Notes: generated by a model from the sequence alone, not told the origin. Counted from the first letter of the stretch, positions 49,310 to 58,754 are shown. The stretch is 64,000 nucleotides of DNA from an uncultured virus (IMG/VR IMGVR_UViG_3300010885_030646) (IMGVR_UViG_3300010885_030646:1-64000); one strand, 5' to 3'. Translations and numbers: made by a program.

Positions 49310-49684
49310 TTAGACGTAGCCTGCAGTTTGATTTTGCTGATCAAAAAACAGTGATAAGAACTGTGTTGTTTGTCCCGGCACTGTGTTTACTGCAAGTTGT
49401 ATGAGTATACCGTTGTCTTGTGGAAATAGTTCAGCAGATTCAATATAGATTCTTGGGTCTAGGCCAGCCACACGTTGTATTTCTGCCAGTATTGCTCGTT
49501 CAGTGTCTTGTGTTTGATTTTCAAACAGATAACTCCAAATCACTGTGCCGTATCCCGGACGGCCAACCAATTGCCCTTGCTGTATATTAAATGCATTCAA
49601 CAAGTCGCGCTTGATCAATTCAAAGTCCACAAGTGTAAACTTCTTTGGCTGGTTGATTGTGTTGAATCCTACAAATGTTGTCAT
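49310..49684 (-). CDS. gp25: Baseplate wedge subunit, gp25/GPW-like
   Basis: DFELIKRDLLNAFNIQQGQLVGRPGYGTVIWSYLFE...DPRI; size and synteny fit. Confidence 0.85.
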   Translation of the reverse strand: MTTFVGFNTINQPKKFTLVDFELIKRDLLNAFNIQQGQLVGRPGYGTVIWSYLFENQTQDTERAILAEIQRVAGLDPRIYIESAELFPQDNGILIQLAVNTVPGQTTQFLSLFFDQQNQTAGYV

Positions 49685-49689
49685 AGTAA

Positions 49690-49696
49690 TATTTAC
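49690..49696 (-). promoter_or_regulatory. Late promoter motif GTAAATA, leaderless configuration
   Basis: GTAAATA-ttact-ATG (49684) with no SD. Confidence 0.6.
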
Positions 49697-51048
49697 CCTA
49701 ATCTAGATTTGATTGCAGCCAATGGATCAGGCGATTGTCCTAGTCTTAGCAGTGTGTTTGAATCTGTTCCTGTATAAGGTAATTTACCCAGTGCACCGCT
49801 TATGGCACCGCCTGCGCCGGTTACACTGCTTAGAGCAGATGTGGCGCCGCTTATGGCACCGTTTAGTGATGCTGTTACACTTCCTAGGCCGCCGGCACCA
49901 GACGCCCTGGCCAACAATCCGCCAGCATCTAGACCACCAGACAGCAAGCCTTTAGCTTTGCTTGCGGCATCAGTCAATGCAGATGTGTCAACTGCTTGTG
50001 GGCTGAAGTCTGGCAATCCTATTTTATCACTGCCAACTAGTTTGGCAGTGGCCGCATTTAATGTAGACCTATCAATGGTTCCTTTGAATCCTGCGGCCGG
50101 AACAATGCCGGCCACTGCGGCCGGTAATTTAGTGTCGCTGAAATTAACTGCAAACTCTCCTTGTTTGGCCAGTGAGTCCATCTGAGTTGTCAGCCCAGAT
50201 GTTAATTTACTGGCAGCGCCTCCGAGTGCTCCGGCGGCACCTCCAACTGCTCCGGATAATGCGCCTGTGGCACCACCAAGTGCTCCGGATAGTGCTCCGG
50301 TGGCACCTCCAAGTGCTCCACCAATACCTCCAGACAATACATTGGCTACACCCGATGCACCGCCAGATAGTGCTCCAGATATTCCTGCTATTGCACCAGT
50401 GGCGCCAGATGTAGTTTTGGCCCATTCAACTGCTGTGCCAACTCCATATTTACTGGCATTGGCCAATAGTCCACCAAGTTGCGCTGTGCCGTTATTGGCC
50501 AATGATGAAACACTGCCAAGATTGCTGGTGATACCACCAAGTGCTCCAGATAATGCCCCAGTGGCACCTCCAACTGCTCCGGACAATGCGCTGGTGGCAC
50601 CGCCAAGTGCTCCGGACAATGCTCCAGTGGCACTGCCGAGTGCTCCAGACAATGCGCCGGCGGCGCCGCCCAGGCCTCCTGCCAATCCGCCCAATGCCCC
50701 AGTGGCACTGCCAAGTGCGCCCGATAACCCACTGGTTAAACTAGATAAGCTGCCAGAAGCCAGACTGCTCAATTCTTTGGGGAGTTCTACTAGACCGGCA
50801 GTGGGCGATATTAAACTTTTTCCAGCATTTGCAGCCGCATTATATAACAGGCCGGTTGGTGCTTTTAAATCTGTGCCAGGCGTTACAATTTCTCCAGTTT
50901 TGACCAAGGTGTCAAAACTAGATTTCATTAGGCCAAACTGTATTTTATCCTGCAGTGGAGGATTTTTTAACAGGTCGGTTACTGCAGACACTCCATCTTT
51001 GCCGGTCCATACACTGGGACTTTTTAATACATCAGTTAATCCAATCAT
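49693..51048 (-). CDS. Gly/Ala/Ser-rich protein with N-terminal WTGKDG segment and 11-aa repeats
   Basis: N-terminal SPSVWTGKDGV...LLKNPPLQD, followed by GALSGALGGAT-type repeats. Confidence 0.7.
   Translation of the reverse strand: MIGLTDVLKSPSVWTGKDGVSAVTDLLKNPPLQDKIQFGLMKSSFDTLVKTGEIVTPGTDLKAPTGLLYNAAANAGKSLISPTAGLVELPKELSSLASGSLSSLTSGLSGALGSATGALGGLAGGLGGAAGALSGALGSATGALSGALGGATSALSGAVGGATGALSGALGGITSNLGSVSSLANNGTAQLGGLLANASKYGVGTAVEWAKTTSGATGAIAGISGALSGGASGVANVLSGGIGGALGGATGALSGALGGATGALSGAVGGAAGALGGAASKLTSGLTTQMDSLAKQGEFAVNFSDTKLPAAVAGIVPAAGFKGTIDRSTLNAATAKLVGSDKIGLPDFSPQAVDTSALTDAASKAKGLLSGGLDAGGLLARASGAGGLGSVTASLNGAISGATSALSSVTGAGGAISGALGKLPYTGTDSNTLLRLGQSPDPLAAIKSRLG
50215..50730 (-). 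repeat. 33-bp (11-aa) coding tandem repeats in two clusters (boundaries approximate)
   Basis: Recurrent plus-strand gtggcacc...caagtgctccgga, encoding GALSGA(L/V)GGAT on the minus strand. Confidence 0.85.
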
Positions 51049-51575
51049 TGTGCTTGTCCTAAAAATCTAGCAGTGGTGCCGCATTTTAAATATCCAGCAT
51101 CTTCCAGCTGTTGTGAACTCAGTCCATATTTGCCAACACCCAGTTCATCAGTCACAACGTCGGCAGGTTGGCACACACTGGCCGCAACAGCGGCCATAAC
51201 GGCCTGCACTTGCGATGTTGATAGTGGACCGATGCCTTCTGTCACAGTTGATTGACCCACATAGTCTGCCACTGTGATACCATTGTTGATGGGTACATTG
51301 GCCAGAACAGGCAACGAAGATATTATGCCGCTGTTATAAATTGCCAGTAACGGTGTATCTGGAACACCTGCTGTGCCACGATCAAGACGAGATTGAGTGA
51401 ATTGAATTGTTGTGTTTTCTCGAGACTGTAATTGATCTCCTGATCTTAGCCCAACAAATGCGCCAGCGGCCAACTGTTGAAGATATATTTTCTCTGCTTG
51501 CACTAATGTAGAACCTGCAGGGCCGTCAAGTGTGACGAATTGTCCGTTTGGCAATGCAAATGTAAACTTAACCAT
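51045..51575 (-). CDS. Hypothetical baseplate-hub-associated protein ending in a GKYG..QLE.AGYLK segment
   Basis: ORF downstream of gp5-like, with ATGA overlap to the next gene. Confidence 0.65.
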   Translation of the reverse strand: MVKFTFALPNGQFVTLDGPAGSTLVQAEKIYLQQLAAGAFVGLRSGDQLQSRENTTIQFTQSRLDRGTAGVPDTPLLAIYNSGIISSLPVLANVPINNGITVADYVGQSTVTEGIGPLSTSQVQAVMAAVAASVCQPADVVTDELGVGKYGLSSQQLEDAGYLKCGTTARFLGQAQ

Positions 51576-53097
51576 TTGAACTACCTGTTACTGTTCCGCT
51601 CCAACCTGACGGCAATGGCGGAGTATTGGGCGGAGTAGTTGGTTGCCCTTCTTCCATGGCCACTTCAACTTCTACACCTTGATTATGGAATGGCCATGGT
51701 TCGTGTGTGGGAGCTCGTGTCACAATACTTTCCAATCCTGTAGCAGAAATCTGCCAACCTGTGGCATTGTTAAACTCAGTGTCGGGCATTATGCGTTTTT
51801 CTAGTTTGACAGGAGGTTCTACATTTTCAGCAGATCCGCCGTTGAGATCAATTCCTCCAGCTCGTAATACCATTGCACCACCTGCGTTCCATGATCCGTT
51901 GTTGCTGACCATTGCAAGACTGCCGTCGGCACGTACACCAATGCGGGCTTTGCTGTAAAGAGTCATTTCAGTGTTGCTGGCCAGGGTTATTGTTCTTTCA
52001 CTTTCTAGCGTTGTGCCGGTCATGCTTTTCATATTGATTGTGCCGCCAGCAAACATGTTGATATCTTTGTCTGCATGTAGATTAATTGTGCCTTGTGTGC
52101 GAACATTAACTGAGTTTGTGGCGTACACATCAATTGTGCCTTCTTGTCCAAATTCTAACCAGGCTTGGCCATTGGCATGAATGATGTAGAAAAAGTTGCC
52201 GTCGTCACTCATGGTGATTTGATGTCCGCCAGCAGTGCGAATTCGCACTAGTTGATCGTCACCTTCTAAATTGCCGTCATCCAGCACAATGCTGTGACCA
52301 CCTTTGCGTCCAATCACAGTGACGTCTGCCGCACTGATTGACCCAGCGGCAATGCGTTTTTTAATGTCAGATTCAGTTATACCGCCTTGGTATACTGCAC
52401 GTCCCGGAGTGCTTACTCCAAACACAGCACTGGGACTTTCTCGCTGACTGGTTGATCCTATCGGTCCACGTTGTGTATCGCCCAGTGTGCCTTGCTGGAA
52501 CATTTCTGCAGCCAGAAAACTGTGTACTGGCTTTGGCTGGTTAAAGAACTGTGGGTTATCATCAATTTTAGAATTGTTTGGATTGATTTCGGTCACTGGC
52601 AACACTGTGGCGCCATTGTAATAGCTTTTTTGATCACTGTTTTGCAAGTCAAACGCCTTGCTGGATCCGATTGCAGGAACCATGTGCGTTATGCCTGCGT
52701 TTGGAATGCAACCTATGTAGTATCCAAAGTTGGGATCGCCGCCGGCAAATACACACAGCACACTTACTCCAATGTCCGGAGGAGTAAACCACATGCCGTA
52801 ACTTTGTGGATTACCATCAAGGTATCCGCCCACACTAGTGGTGTCGCCTTTCTTGCCAGGGCTTGGTGGAGTTGATCCATAAAATCCCGGGGCATAACCA
52901 ACTGTGCGCCATAATGTTTTATTCTCAGGGTCTCCTCCACCAAATTGCTCAATGTAAACTTGTAGTCGCCCTTGTCTGGTAGGGTCAACATTATTTTTTA
53001 CCACTCCAACAAATGGTCCAAACTGCGAAGGTATGCCGCCGCGGTCAAGTTTATAATTGGGCGCAACGCCTTTGGTTCTAATAATATTATCTGCCAT
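51568..53097 (-). CDS. gp5: Baseplate central spike, gp5/VgrG-like (OB-fold plus beta-helix; no T4-lysozyme domain recognised)
   Basis: GVVKNNVDPTRQGRLQVYI, YGMWFTPPDIGVSVLCVF, GHSIVLDD, RTAGGHQITMSD, beta-helix-like repeats and PTHEPW. Confidence 0.8.
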   Translation of the reverse strand: MADNIIRTKGVAPNYKLDRGGIPSQFGPFVGVVKNNVDPTRQGRLQVYIEQFGGGDPENKTLWRTVGYAPGFYGSTPPSPGKKGDTTSVGGYLDGNPQSYGMWFTPPDIGVSVLCVFAGGDPNFGYYIGCIPNAGITHMVPAIGSSKAFDLQNSDQKSYYNGATVLPVTEINPNNSKIDDNPQFFNQPKPVHSFLAAEMFQQGTLGDTQRGPIGSTSQRESPSAVFGVSTPGRAVYQGGITESDIKKRIAAGSISAADVTVIGRKGGHSIVLDDGNLEGDDQLVRIRTAGGHQITMSDDGNFFYIIHANGQAWLEFGQEGTIDVYATNSVNVRTQGTINLHADKDINMFAGGTINMKSMTGTTLESERTITLASNTEMTLYSKARIGVRADGSLAMVSNNGSWNAGGAMVLRAGGIDLNGGSAENVEPPVKLEKRIMPDTEFNNATGWQISATGLESIVTRAPTHEPWPFHNQGVEVEVAMEEGQPTTPPNTPPLPSGWSGTVTGSSNG

Positions 53098-54665
53098 TAT
53101 GTTTCTCTGTTGATTTTTTGTACTGGTGTTGTTGATGTGGTGTTGGCCGCATTTGCATTGGTTTGAGCTGCTCTGGCAGCATTGGCCTGTGCGGCACGCT
53201 CACGCAAACTACCAGGCCTAATGTTAGGATTGCCTAGTTGCGTTCCTTGTGCCAGTATTGGATTTCCTGTGGCTGCTCCACCGCCGGTGTTGCTAAATGG
53301 CGGAGGAGGAGGCAATGCAGGTGGGCGCACAGCTGGGGGTGGCGGTGGGGTAGCATCGGCTCGTTCTACTGTGGCGGCCGCTGTGGCGATTTTGGCGGGA
53401 GCATCTGGAATTAACACATCAACTTGCACCCCTTTGATGTCCTGTTCAAATTTGCCTTTGCTAAATTTGCTAGTAACTTCTGTTGCCACGTATGTATAGA
53501 TGGCCTGAGGTGCACCAGAAACATTTGGATTTGCCAGCCCAGTTCCTGTTAAGTCATAATCTACACCAGGACTCCATTGTAGGTCAAAAATAATTTGCTG
53601 TGCATCAAAATTAATTGAGCCGTCAGCATTAAACGGATTAAAATTATAGTTCAATGAACTGATACCAGTGGCCGCTTCTCCTTGCTGTAGCCAGGCTGGA
53701 TCGCCAACAATGGTCAACTCACATTTGGCAATATCAGTTGGGCTATACAAATAGTCGGCAGCAGATGCACCTATTGAATTTGTCAGTCCTTCGGCACCTT
53801 GACTGCTACTGCCAGCCACTGCGGCCTGGTATTCACGTCCGGGTGTGTTTCTATTATTTTTTGTGTTGGAATCAGTGAGAATTTTTGGATTGTTGAATGT
53901 GTTTTTATATAAACTATTGAACTTTTGTTCGAATCTTAGAACTGATGTGTTTTGCCCAGTGAACCAATACTTGTAACTTTTGTGGCGTCCACGTATTTTA
54001 CTCTCTGGAAAATATTCACTTTGCATACTGTTTATAGGATATGCAGAAATTACATACTTGATATTATACGCATCATCTCCACGTTTTTCGTCAAAGGCAA
54101 TAGGTGTAGTTTCTACAGAAATTTTATACCACATTAAATTACCCAGGGGTTTTTGTGGTTTTGTCTCTTGAGAGACTTCATCAACAATATAAGCAGCCTG
54201 ATCAGCAATGTATGTGCTGTTTTTTAATATTTCATCTAAGACAGTTATGATTGGTTGACCAGCAGTGATTCCAAATGTTCTAACATCATAATCAGCCGAG
54301 TTGCTTTCAGGATTCACTTTGTCAGCAGGATTTTTTGCCTGTTGCATTGGAAGTTTTGCTTTGTTGGGTTTTCCGCCTTTGGTAACAAGAGCGTCACCCA
54401 GTGCTGCCGGGGCAAACTCCACACTGTAAATGTTTGCCACTTTAAACACGCCTTCTTTTACTAAATCTGCTTCGGTCTTATTCAAAAATTCCATCAACCC
54501 AACTGCAATATTTTTCTTTACACTGGGGGCTGCATTGGCCTTGGGTGGTGCAGCCGCAGGTGCCGCTGGTGCGGCAGCCGCACTATCGTTAATGGATCGT
54601 ACGCCAGGTTCCGCACTGCCGTCGTCGCCTACGTAATTTCCAAGGGTGTCGTATATTCCTGCCAT
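53097..54665 (-). CDS. Putative baseplate hub/tail-associated protein (C-terminal partner of the upstream gene)
   Basis: KSYKYWFTGQNTSVLRF, LTIVGDPAWL and SKFSKGKFEQ, reminiscent of hub (gp27/gpD-like) C-termini. Located just before gp5. Confidence 0.5.
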   Translation of the reverse strand: MAGIYDTLGNYVGDDGSAEPGVRSINDSAAAAPAAPAAAPPKANAAPSVKKNIAVGLMEFLNKTEADLVKEGVFKVANIYSVEFAPAALGDALVTKGGKPNKAKLPMQQAKNPADKVNPESNSADYDVRTFGITAGQPIITVLDEILKNSTYIADQAAYIVDEVSQETKPQKPLGNLMWYKISVETTPIAFDEKRGDDAYNIKYVISAYPINSMQSEYFPESKIRGRHKSYKYWFTGQNTSVLRFEQKFNSLYKNTFNNPKILTDSNTKNNRNTPGREYQAAVAGSSSQGAEGLTNSIGASAADYLYSPTDIAKCELTIVGDPAWLQQGEAATGISSLNYNFNPFNADGSINFDAQQIIFDLQWSPGVDYDLTGTGLANPNVSGAPQAIYTYVATEVTSKFSKGKFEQDIKGVQVDVLIPDAPAKIATAAATVERADATPPPPPAVRPPALPPPPPFSNTGGGAATGNPILAQGTQLGNPNIRPGSLRERAAQANAARAAQTNANAANTTSTTPVQKINRET

Positions 54666-54674
54666 ATGTTTTCC

Positions 54675-56114
54675 TTAAAAATTCCCGGGGGCAAATGACA
54701 TGCCGCTGTCATTTACTAGATTATAATCTGAACCGGTAGCCATCAAGGCTGTAGGACTAACTGTATCCTTAAGAGGTGGTGCTGCCGGAGGTGTGGATGG
54801 CTTGGCTGGTGTAGGAGTGGTTGTTCTTCCATCCGCTGGCGACACCTCGGCTAGTGCAACTCCTTTGGTCAACAGGTCTTTTACAGTGCCGCCCGAAATT
54901 TGAATACTTGATTTAACCACACCTAAACTACTGCCAAGCCCGACCTGGTACGGAACTGGTTGAGCTTGTATTTGATATTCAACCAACTTGTTAGACACAG
55001 AGAACTGAATGTCTTTCAACCTAAAAGGTATAATTTTTTCTACAACAGCACTTTTATTATCAGAGTCACTGGCCTGAACAATTTTTCCATTTTCGTCATA
55101 GCCGTAAAAGCGTATGACCAATGCAAAGTATGCTGATATGGGCTTGATGCTGTCATTTTTGTATAGTGTTGTTACTGCTTGTGCAAGGTTATTGATAAGT
55201 GTTATACTTGCTGTTTCAGTCACTGTAAAACTCAATTCTACTGCATTGTGTGCCAGGCCACTGCCCTTGCCTGTGATTTTACTTTTTAGTACAAAATTAT
55301 CAAAGTAGTAATCTAAGCCAAAGAATGGATTTCTTCCTGCAGACTTTGAAACACCGGCCACTGCGCCACTGCTGTTCAAGTCAGGTTGTACACCTTCAAC
55401 TGTGGACGGTGCACCACCACTTTGTATCAACAGGTTGTACTGACTCACTGCTATCTTGCTGGTTTTTTGTAAGGTAGTGTATTGTTCTGGAGTCATCAAA
55501 TACCAACCAATGTTGTAGGTGTAACTGGCATACTGGTCTAACACATTGTTCCTGGGTGTAAATGTTGATTGGTTGGTCTGGGCAGCTGATATAATTTGTT
55601 TGGTGTTGGCCGCTGTGACACCATCCTCACCAGTGGCACCCACACCAGGTTCGCCACCGGGACGGCCTTCTGAATCGTTGCCGGTGTTGGCTGGCGGAAC
55701 ACTTTGTGTTTCTGTCAGGGTCTTTACCGGCGGGTTGGTTCCGGTTTCGGTATTCTGTGCCAAGGTGGCAGCTTCGGTAGTGGTCAATCGACCTGTGCTG
55801 GCCGGAGCCGGTGCAGGATTCTGTGTGGCACCGGCGGCGCTGTTAGCAACATCTGCGGCTGCTGACTGTGCAGGGGGTTCATCAGGAATGGCCGCTATCT
55901 GTGCTTGAACATCAGTTGCTCGTTGTTCTAATGTGGCTATTCTCTCTTGGGTTCTTGCTATAGTTGCTTCTTGCGATGTAATTAAATCAGCCAGTGCAGG
56001 ATTGGCGCGACTTTCTGCCAAAAATCCCCCAAGCCGCGTAAGTTCACCTTGCAACTTAACAATTTCTTGCTGTATCTGGGTAAGTTCAGATTGTAGCTCT
56101 GCTCTGGTTGCCAT
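54675..56114 (-). CDS. Putative baseplate hub/tail-associated protein with N-terminal coiled coil
   Basis: Heptad-like N-terminus, low-complexity linker, then NVLDQYASYTYNI...FTVTE...IRFYGYDENG. Lies between gp53 and gp5. Confidence 0.5.
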   Translation of the reverse strand: MATRAELQSELTQIQQEIVKLQGELTRLGGFLAESRANPALADLITSQEATIARTQERIATLEQRATDVQAQIAAIPDEPPAQSAAADVANSAAGATQNPAPAPASTGRLTTTEAATLAQNTETGTNPPVKTLTETQSVPPANTGNDSEGRPGGEPGVGATGEDGVTAANTKQIISAAQTNQSTFTPRNNVLDQYASYTYNIGWYLMTPEQYTTLQKTSKIAVSQYNLLIQSGGAPSTVEGVQPDLNSSGAVAGVSKSAGRNPFFGLDYYFDNFVLKSKITGKGSGLAHNAVELSFTVTETASITLINNLAQAVTTLYKNDSIKPISAYFALVIRFYGYDENGKIVQASDSDNKSAVVEKIIPFRLKDIQFSVSNKLVEYQIQAQPVPYQVGLGSSLGVVKSSIQISGGTVKDLLTKGVALAEVSPADGRTTTPTPAKPSTPPAAPPLKDTVSPTALMATGSDYNLVNDSGMSFAPGNF

Positions 56115-56117
56115 GGT

Positions 56118-56417
56118 TTAAAATCCCAGCACTGAACGCAGTGTGCTCAACTTGGGCACGTAGATAAAAGTATCTATCACAAAATCCAACGGAGGTTTGG
56201 TCAGTGTGTTGGGATTGCGTTGATAAAACACCCACCATAGGCCTGAGTTGTCGTACAGGTCAAATGCCAACAGGTCTGGACGATACTGATAGGTCTGATT
56301 GATTGTGAATGGCAGGTCATCCGTTTGGCTGGGTATTGGTCTGTTGACCATGGTGTCCAAAAAGAACTGACTGTACCCTGTGGTATAGTACGGACTGGTT
56401 GCGTTGTAGGTTGCCAT
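56118..56417 (-). CDS. gp53: Baseplate wedge protein, gp53-like (LysM-like)
   Basis: YQYRPDLLAFDLYDNSGLWWVF..RNP. Confidence 0.75.
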   Translation of the reverse strand: MATYNATSPYYTTGYSQFFLDTMVNRPIPSQTDDLPFTINQTYQYRPDLLAFDLYDNSGLWWVFYQRNPNTLTKPPLDFVIDTFIYVPKLSTLRSVLGF

Positions 56418-58642
56418 TACCAGAATCCTCCTTTGAGTAGGTCACCATTGGCATACTGACGTAGGCTGAACTGTTGGCTCTGTTGCTTGCGGCTTTGAAC
56501 CGGCAGCAGTGATATGCTTATGTTCATCTTTGTTGGCACATAGGTGGGACTGTTTTGACCAAATGATGCAGGTGCTGGTGGTTTGCTCATGCCACCTTTG
56601 GGTAATCCGGCGTTGGCCAAACGGTTGATGGCTCCACCTAGTACATTGCCCAGTATGCCACCACCCCAGGTTGTGCCAGGGCCTGTGGGATTGGTGCTTT
56701 GACGTTTGTTCAGCATGTTACTGTTGTTGACATTGGGACTGCGAGCACGTATATAGTCCACATCTACAGGCAGGTCGTAGGTAAAAGACTGCACCACACA
56801 GGGATGTTCGTTGAATTGGTATTCACCCAGTCCGGTTAGATACACCAATGGAGGTGGTGTGCCACGTTGAGGATCTTGACCATAGAACATTTTTGTCACT
56901 GATTTAAAAAAGTGTATCACTGCCAACAGATATTCAGCCTCTGTTGTGCTTTGTGCAGTAAATGGACAACTCAGTGTGACTGGTTCAACTGAACTGCTTT
57001 GATAGTAGTAGCCTTTGTAGTTGCTGTGTGTTAGATCATAACTGGCATAGTTGGCCTTGTACGAAGTGCCAATTGTGGGCGTGTAGGGAAATATAATTCC
57101 TGTGCCTTTTAGTGGCTGTAATATTCCAGGTTCCGGAGCATTGTACAAATAATCAGCACCTGGTGCTAGTCGTAACTTAACACGCCAATCACCGTTGTTG
57201 GGATTTCTGCGCTGGTTGGCAATGGTGTTCTGTGCTCGTGCCTTGTCCAAGGTGCCTTGTTTTATGGCAGCATTGAGATTGGTACGCTCTTCTTCTTCTT
57301 CAGGATTGGCGGCAAAGTCTCCAGAAGGTTGTATTGTGACTGGATCGTCGGCACCCACAGCCTCGGGATTGAATACATTTTCAGTAACCCCGGCAGTTCC
57401 AGTTGGATCAAAAATATTTTCTGCATTTGGGTCAACTGTGGGTTCAACTTCTATGGCTTCTGTGGCTAGTATTCGTCGATTCTCTGCTTGTTCTAGTTCC
57501 AGTGCGTCTGCTTCCTCATCTGTCATTACAGGCACATCTGTGGGTTCAAACTCTGTTGCTTCTTGTTCTGCTAGTGCTTGTTCTGCTTCGAATCTTGCCT
57601 GTTCAAATGGATCTGAGTTGGGCTCAACGTTGGCAGGATCAAATACTGATTCTTCTCCGGCGTTGATTGTCTCTCCTGGATCAAAAACATTCTCACCAGG
57701 ATCAACTGTGGGGTCAACTTCTATGGCTTCTGTGGACAAGACACGACGATTTTCAGCTTGTTGTGCATCAAGTGCATCAGCTTCCTCATCTGTTAGAAAT
57801 GCCACATCTCCAGGATCAAATTCTCGTGGTTCTCCGTCGAGTTCAAGTCCTGCTTCAAATCTTGCCTGTTCAAATGGATCCGAGTTAGGATCAACATTGT
57901 TGGGATCAAATACTGATTCTTCTCCGGCGTTGAATGTATTGCCTGGATCAAACACATTTTCAACTGCGTCAGCAGTTTTACCTGGTGCGTCGCCTCTGAA
58001 ATACGTTCCACCGGTTTCTTCATTGATTGCAAACCCGGGCTGTAGATTGCCATCGTCGTCATATGCAGGAAATTGACTTGGGTCACTTGCAGGATTTAAT
58101 TCAGCAGCACTTTTTGGTACTGCTGTGCTGGCTGGTAAAACATCTTTTGTGCTTTTGAAAATTGAACCAATTGAACTTGCCAAGGATAACGCAGCCAATG
58201 GATTGGCTGCCGCTGCCCCCAGTGCCGCTGCCCCCAGTGTGTTTAGTAATCCAGATGAATTGCTTAATAAACTGCCCGAGCTGGGCGCTGGCGTTGACAC
58301 ATTGTATGGCAGTTGTTTGGCACCAGGATCAACCAGTGGACTTACGCCGCCATTACGATTGCCAGCTGATGCAACCGAGTCAGGAACACCCAGGCCGGTA
58401 GCTGGTGGAGTTTTTCCAGAGGCCGAAGTCACTGCCGCAGTGGCATTGTTTGTGGCCAACTGTGTAGCTTTTACTGCTGTGGTGGCAGCTTCAACTGCCG
58501 CCAGTGCCGCAGGAGACGGTGTTCGGCCGGCTTTTTGTGCCGCAATCACTGTGTTTTGAGCCGCTGCCAACGTTTTGATTGCCACAGCATTTTCACGTTG
58601 TGCTTGTGCGGCTTGTGCGGTTAGTGATGGGGTGGTTGCCAT
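56417..58642 (-). CDS. Tail-tube initiator/baseplate (gp48/gp54-like) protein with long low-complexity acidic N-terminal extension
   Basis: C-terminal FPYTPTI...THSNY...FTAQ...GTPPPLVYL.G.G...PCVVQSFTYDLP. Adjacent to gp53. Confidence 0.6.
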   Translation of the reverse strand: MATTPSLTAQAAQAQRENAVAIKTLAAAQNTVIAAQKAGRTPSPAALAAVEAATTAVKATQLATNNATAAVTSASGKTPPATGLGVPDSVASAGNRNGGVSPLVDPGAKQLPYNVSTPAPSSGSLLSNSSGLLNTLGAAALGAAAANPLAALSLASSIGSIFKSTKDVLPASTAVPKSAAELNPASDPSQFPAYDDDGNLQPGFAINEETGGTYFRGDAPGKTADAVENVFDPGNTFNAGEESVFDPNNVDPNSDPFEQARFEAGLELDGEPREFDPGDVAFLTDEEADALDAQQAENRRVLSTEAIEVDPTVDPGENVFDPGETINAGEESVFDPANVEPNSDPFEQARFEAEQALAEQEATEFEPTDVPVMTDEEADALELEQAENRRILATEAIEVEPTVDPNAENIFDPTGTAGVTENVFNPEAVGADDPVTIQPSGDFAANPEEEEERTNLNAAIKQGTLDKARAQNTIANQRRNPNNGDWRVKLRLAPGADYLYNAPEPGILQPLKGTGIIFPYTPTIGTSYKANYASYDLTHSNYKGYYYQSSSVEPVTLSCPFTAQSTTEAEYLLAVIHFFKSVTKMFYGQDPQRGTPPPLVYLTGLGEYQFNEHPCVVQSFTYDLPVDVDYIRARSPNVNNSNMLNKRQSTNPTGPGTTWGGGILGNVLGGAINRLANAGLPKGGMSKPPAPASFGQNSPTYVPTKMNISISLLPVQSRKQQSQQFSLRQYANGDLLKGGFW
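57370..57961 (-). repeat. Coding duplication, ~270-bp period (89/91 aa), about 2.2 copies
   Basis: ENVFDPG..NAGEESVFDP.NV.PNSDPFEQARFEA...TDEEADAL...AENRR.L.TEAIEV.PTVDP, with units starting at 57961, 57694 and 57421. Confidence 0.9.
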
Positions 58643-58660
58643 AATGATTTTCCTATACAG

Positions 58661-58680
58661 TATTTATTGCAGAAATAAAC
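58661..58680 (-). promoter_or_regulatory. Late promoter for the structural operon
   Basis: Minus strand GTTTATTT-ctgca-ATAAATA, then AGGA SD and ATG 58642. Confidence 0.7.
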
Positions 58681-58700
58681 TGGCTATATAATGATAAAGG

Positions 58701-58733
58701 TTGACAATGCAGTAAAAAGTGTTATAATAAATA
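58701..58733 (+). promoter_or_regulatory. Consensus sigma70 promoter with extended -10, overlapping a TAAATA late motif
   Basis: TTGACA (58701-06), 16 bp spacer, TGt-TATAAT (58723-28). ATAAATA at 58727-33. AAGGAG SD before GTG 58755. Confidence 0.85.
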
Positions 58734-58754
58734 CATTACAAGGAGACACTGCCT

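Noticed and set aside
50215..50730. CRISPR-like periodic repeats
   Set aside because: The repeats are contiguous, degenerate at codon third positions and in-frame coding. There are no unique spacers or cas genes.
50267..51070. 267-aa Pro/Ala-rich plus-strand ORF
   Set aside because: It is the antisense shadow of the Gly/Ala repeat gene, which fits the minus-strand operon.
57195..58076. 293-aa Ser-rich plus-strand ORF
   Set aside because: It is the antisense mirror of the acidic repeat region of 56417..58642.
58687..58692. Second TATAAT upstream of the gp55 promoter
   Set aside because: There is no correctly spaced -35 match, so it is probably incidental AT-rich sequence.
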